This document shows positions 33,181-35,669 of a stretch of DNA of 35,669 nt, piece by piece (position 1 is the first letter of the stretch; every line of letters starts with the position of its first letter). This DNA is from Hyphochytrium catenoides (lineage: Eukaryota > Protista > Hyphochytriomycota), in the NCBI GenBank assembly GCA_900088475.1, contig FLMG01002741.1, positions 1-35,669 on the forward strand, in the 5' to 3' direction. The position numbers and the translations under genes were made by a program. The notes under the pieces were generated by a model. That model saw only the letters and a program-made list of their open reading frames with translations, searched no databases and had not been told where the DNA came from.

Positions 33181-34422
33181 CAGTGGTGACTCTTGTTGCT
33201 TGATGTCCTGCTCGACGCCCTTGTTACCCGGTCAGCTTGAGAGGCGCGAGGTCACTCTATCGGTTCTCTCTCTCTCTCTGTCTCTGTCTCTCCCTGTTTC
33301 GTTACTGGGCAGTGCTCACGATGGGAGCGCCAATGGTGCTTTCTTCCTTACTCCTGTCATCCCACGACTGGTCTATCGTCTCTGCATTTTGACGCTGCTG
33401 GCAGCAGCAGTAGACCAAAGAGGTATGATATTGCGCCTTGGACACTTCTAGAGACTCAAGAATTGTAGGAAGTAGCTCAGGGAAGGCGCGTGTGTCCTCC
33501 ATTCCCGATCTGTCCTATCAGCGTCAGCCGCGTCATTGACCCTGTGCTTGGCAGTGATGGTGTCATTTACTCTCGCGAATCTCTCTTTATGGCAACAGAT
33601 CATGCACTCCAGAACGGACAGAGAGCAGCACAAGTGGTAGAGCGGAGAGGAAACATGCGCATCGCCTTTAGGTGAGCGCCAGGATCCGATGAACAACTCT
33701 CTACGGATGGAGAGCAAGCATTTAGCCGACTCCAGAGATCGAGATCGGGCACTGGTTTATCACTTTCTTCCCAGTCATTGACGGGAGCTATGAGAGCCAG
33801 AGATAGTCCAATGAGATGCTGAAGGGAGCTCTATGACGTGCATCGCTCCATCATCTTTCTGACTGCATCGGGCCAGACCGCCGCTCCTGGCCTGCACCTG
33901 TGCTGGGGAGTTAGCCCATGCTCAGGGTACAGCGTGTCTTCTCTCGTCTTAGAGGTCACGAGAGTGGTCTTACGCCCGCTGAATGCTTGCTCTCGAGCTT
34001 TGACCCTTCTTCCTTGGATCTGCCCAGTTCGCTGCGTTCAGCCTGATGCCCATCGTAGGCTCAACTAAGAAGACTCATAGCCTCCCAAAGCGGAGGCAAG
34101 GGCGGGCCTAAGCTTGAAGAACCCAGCGGTCCGTAATATTGTTGCCCGGTAAACCAGTTGAAGAAAAAGGAGACTGAAGAGTGATGTGTGGCAGAAAGGG
34201 CGCGGGGGGAAGAAAGTCGAAGGATGTGAGCGACCGAAGCTCCCCAAGGAGATGGCGCGGAGTTTTCTCAGGTTCATCCCTCGACCGCAGTGCAAAAGGG
34301 ACGTAAGTATGTGGTCCTTTCCGTTAATAGTGCAAACTTAATCATTCGCTTCTGTCTCTTCCACCTGTCATGCTCTCTTTCTCTCTCTCTCTCTCTCCCT
34401 TTTTATTTGTCCCTGTCTTTCT

Positions 34423-35669
34423 CTATCTGGCTTTGGCAGAGGAGGCACTAAGATTTTGCTGCATCCACTTCTCCATTCGGATTCTCTCTAAGTTTTGCTG
34501 CTGCTCCAGCTCTGACTTCACGTTTTGATACCTCTGAAGCAACCTAACAAACAAGAATAGAAAAGAGAGAAGAAGATAGGAGTAAGGGAGAACGAAGAGA
34601 GAGAGAGAGAGCACAGAAGATAGAGGTTAGCAGGAAGAAAGTACTATGAAGTCTAGCAAAGTCGCGCGCTCTCTGGTGGCTTCAGCTTAACCTGCTTCCT
34701 CTCTCTTCTCCAATCATTTACTGTTTGTCTTTCACTCTCTCTCTCTCTGCCTCCCCCTCTTCTCTCTATTCTTGAAAGCACTCTTACCTTTCCAGATCCA
34801 TCTGTCTCTGTCTCTTCTGCTCTTCTCTCCCGGTCATGATCCTCTTTTGCAGCGCTGCGAGCTCCGCCTGCTGTTTCTGTTTGAATTGTGCTTCTTTCTG
34901 GAAGAGTTCCTCCTGCTTCACAGCCTTCCATTTCTCCAGCTCCTGAGACTCCAGGAGATCAGCCTTTAGCTTGATCTTGTGCGCCTCAGCATACCTGGCA
35001 AGGAGAGGGAAAGGGGAGAGAAAGAGAGAGAAAGAGACTTAGCAGAAAGAAAGACTTAGCAGAGAACAAGAGTACAGAGGATGGCCCGGGTAATGAGGAA
35101 GAAGGCGGATGCCCTTGCAAGAAAAGGGAGAAGACTGGCAAAGAGAGAAGCATAACATGTAGAGAGAAAAAGAGGGAAAGGCTCACTCTTTCTTCTTAGC
35201 CAATGTGTCCTGCACTCTTCTGAAGTTGAGAAGATCCTTTGAGAACTTCGGCTTTCTCTGGCTTGCAAGCAACTTTTGCTGGAAGTCTGTCAGCTCCTGC
35301 TGGTGCCTTTGCTGAAGAAGATTGATGGAGAAGAGAGAGGACGGCCAGGAGAGGTATGGCCAAAAGTTGAGATGAAGAGAGTGGCGCCAAGAAGAAAAGA
35401 GAGAGAAAGAAAGAAAGAGAGAGAGAGAAAGGAAGAGTGAGCAGTCTGCTTCAGAACTCTTCTTTGTCGGTGTGGCTGTTCTTCGTCCGTCACCAACTCC
35501 TTATGCGTCATTTTAACACGACTTTTCACCGATCCACCATCTTTCTCTCCCTCTGTCTCCGTCTTTCTCTCTCACTCTCTCTCTCTCTCTCCCTAGCTCT
35601 CTCTCTCTCTCTCCCGATCTCTCGCTCTTCGTTGGTAGGCACTTTCGGTGGCATGTACCTTCATTCCTC
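34423..35669 (-). CDS. Conserved coiled-coil protein, 3' portion (5' end outside window); resembles a family I associate with ciliated/flagellated protists
   Basis: Exons 35659-35669 (partial), 35187-35311, 34788-34994, 34423-34543, all in frame with GT-AG introns. Protein: ...GMKQRHQQELTDFQQKLLASQRKPKFSKDLLNFRRVQDTLAKKKEYAEAHKIKLKADLLESQE...QKRIMTGREEQKRQRQMDLERLLQRYQNVKSELEQQQNLERIRMEK...KAR*. AATAAA lies ~20 nt after the stop. Confidence 0.8.

Noticed and set aside
34230-34310. Minus-strand ATACTTACGT...TTGCACT resembling the 5' end of U1 snRNA
   Set aside because: It deviates from ATACTTACCTG, the TTGCACT loop is far too close, and no stem-loop I or Sm site is evident. It is simply the complement of a GTAAGTAT word.
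1-35669. Transposons, CRISPR arrays, rRNA/tRNA genes, alternative genetic code
   Set aside because: I saw no transposase or RT motifs, terminal repeats, spaced repeats or structural RNA signatures. All exons translate without internal stops under the standard code.

Overview
Gene-dense, intron-rich eukaryotic nuclear DNA, most likely from a flagellated stramenopile alga (inferred from the protein families). (GA)n/(CT)n microsatellites are pervasive and there are three assembly gaps. I assembled five spliced genes by hand, requiring GT-AG introns and consistent reading frame. (1) TMEM208/SND2 (+, 244-1926). (2) A 26-exon myosin (-, 2108-11441) with 5 IQ motifs, a coiled coil and a Pro/Gly-rich tail of repeated RxSSLG modules. 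(3) A 20-exon secreted EGF-repeat protein of the Sig1/mastigoneme-related type (+, ~13290-23204), made of two duplicated halves. (4) A ~1600-aa formin (-, 23495-~32381) with the architecture GOLD-RUN-GOLD-FYVE-like-CCDC53-like motif-FH2-small barrel repeats. It lacks FH1, and its FH2 is split by a ~220-aa insert carrying two WH2 motifs. (5) The 3' part of a conserved coiled-coil protein gene (-, 34423 to beyond the window). The formin is the most novel-looking element. Most long ORFs in the supplied track are microsatellite artefacts or exon-plus-intron read-throughs. No database searches were run, so all family calls rest on motif recognition.
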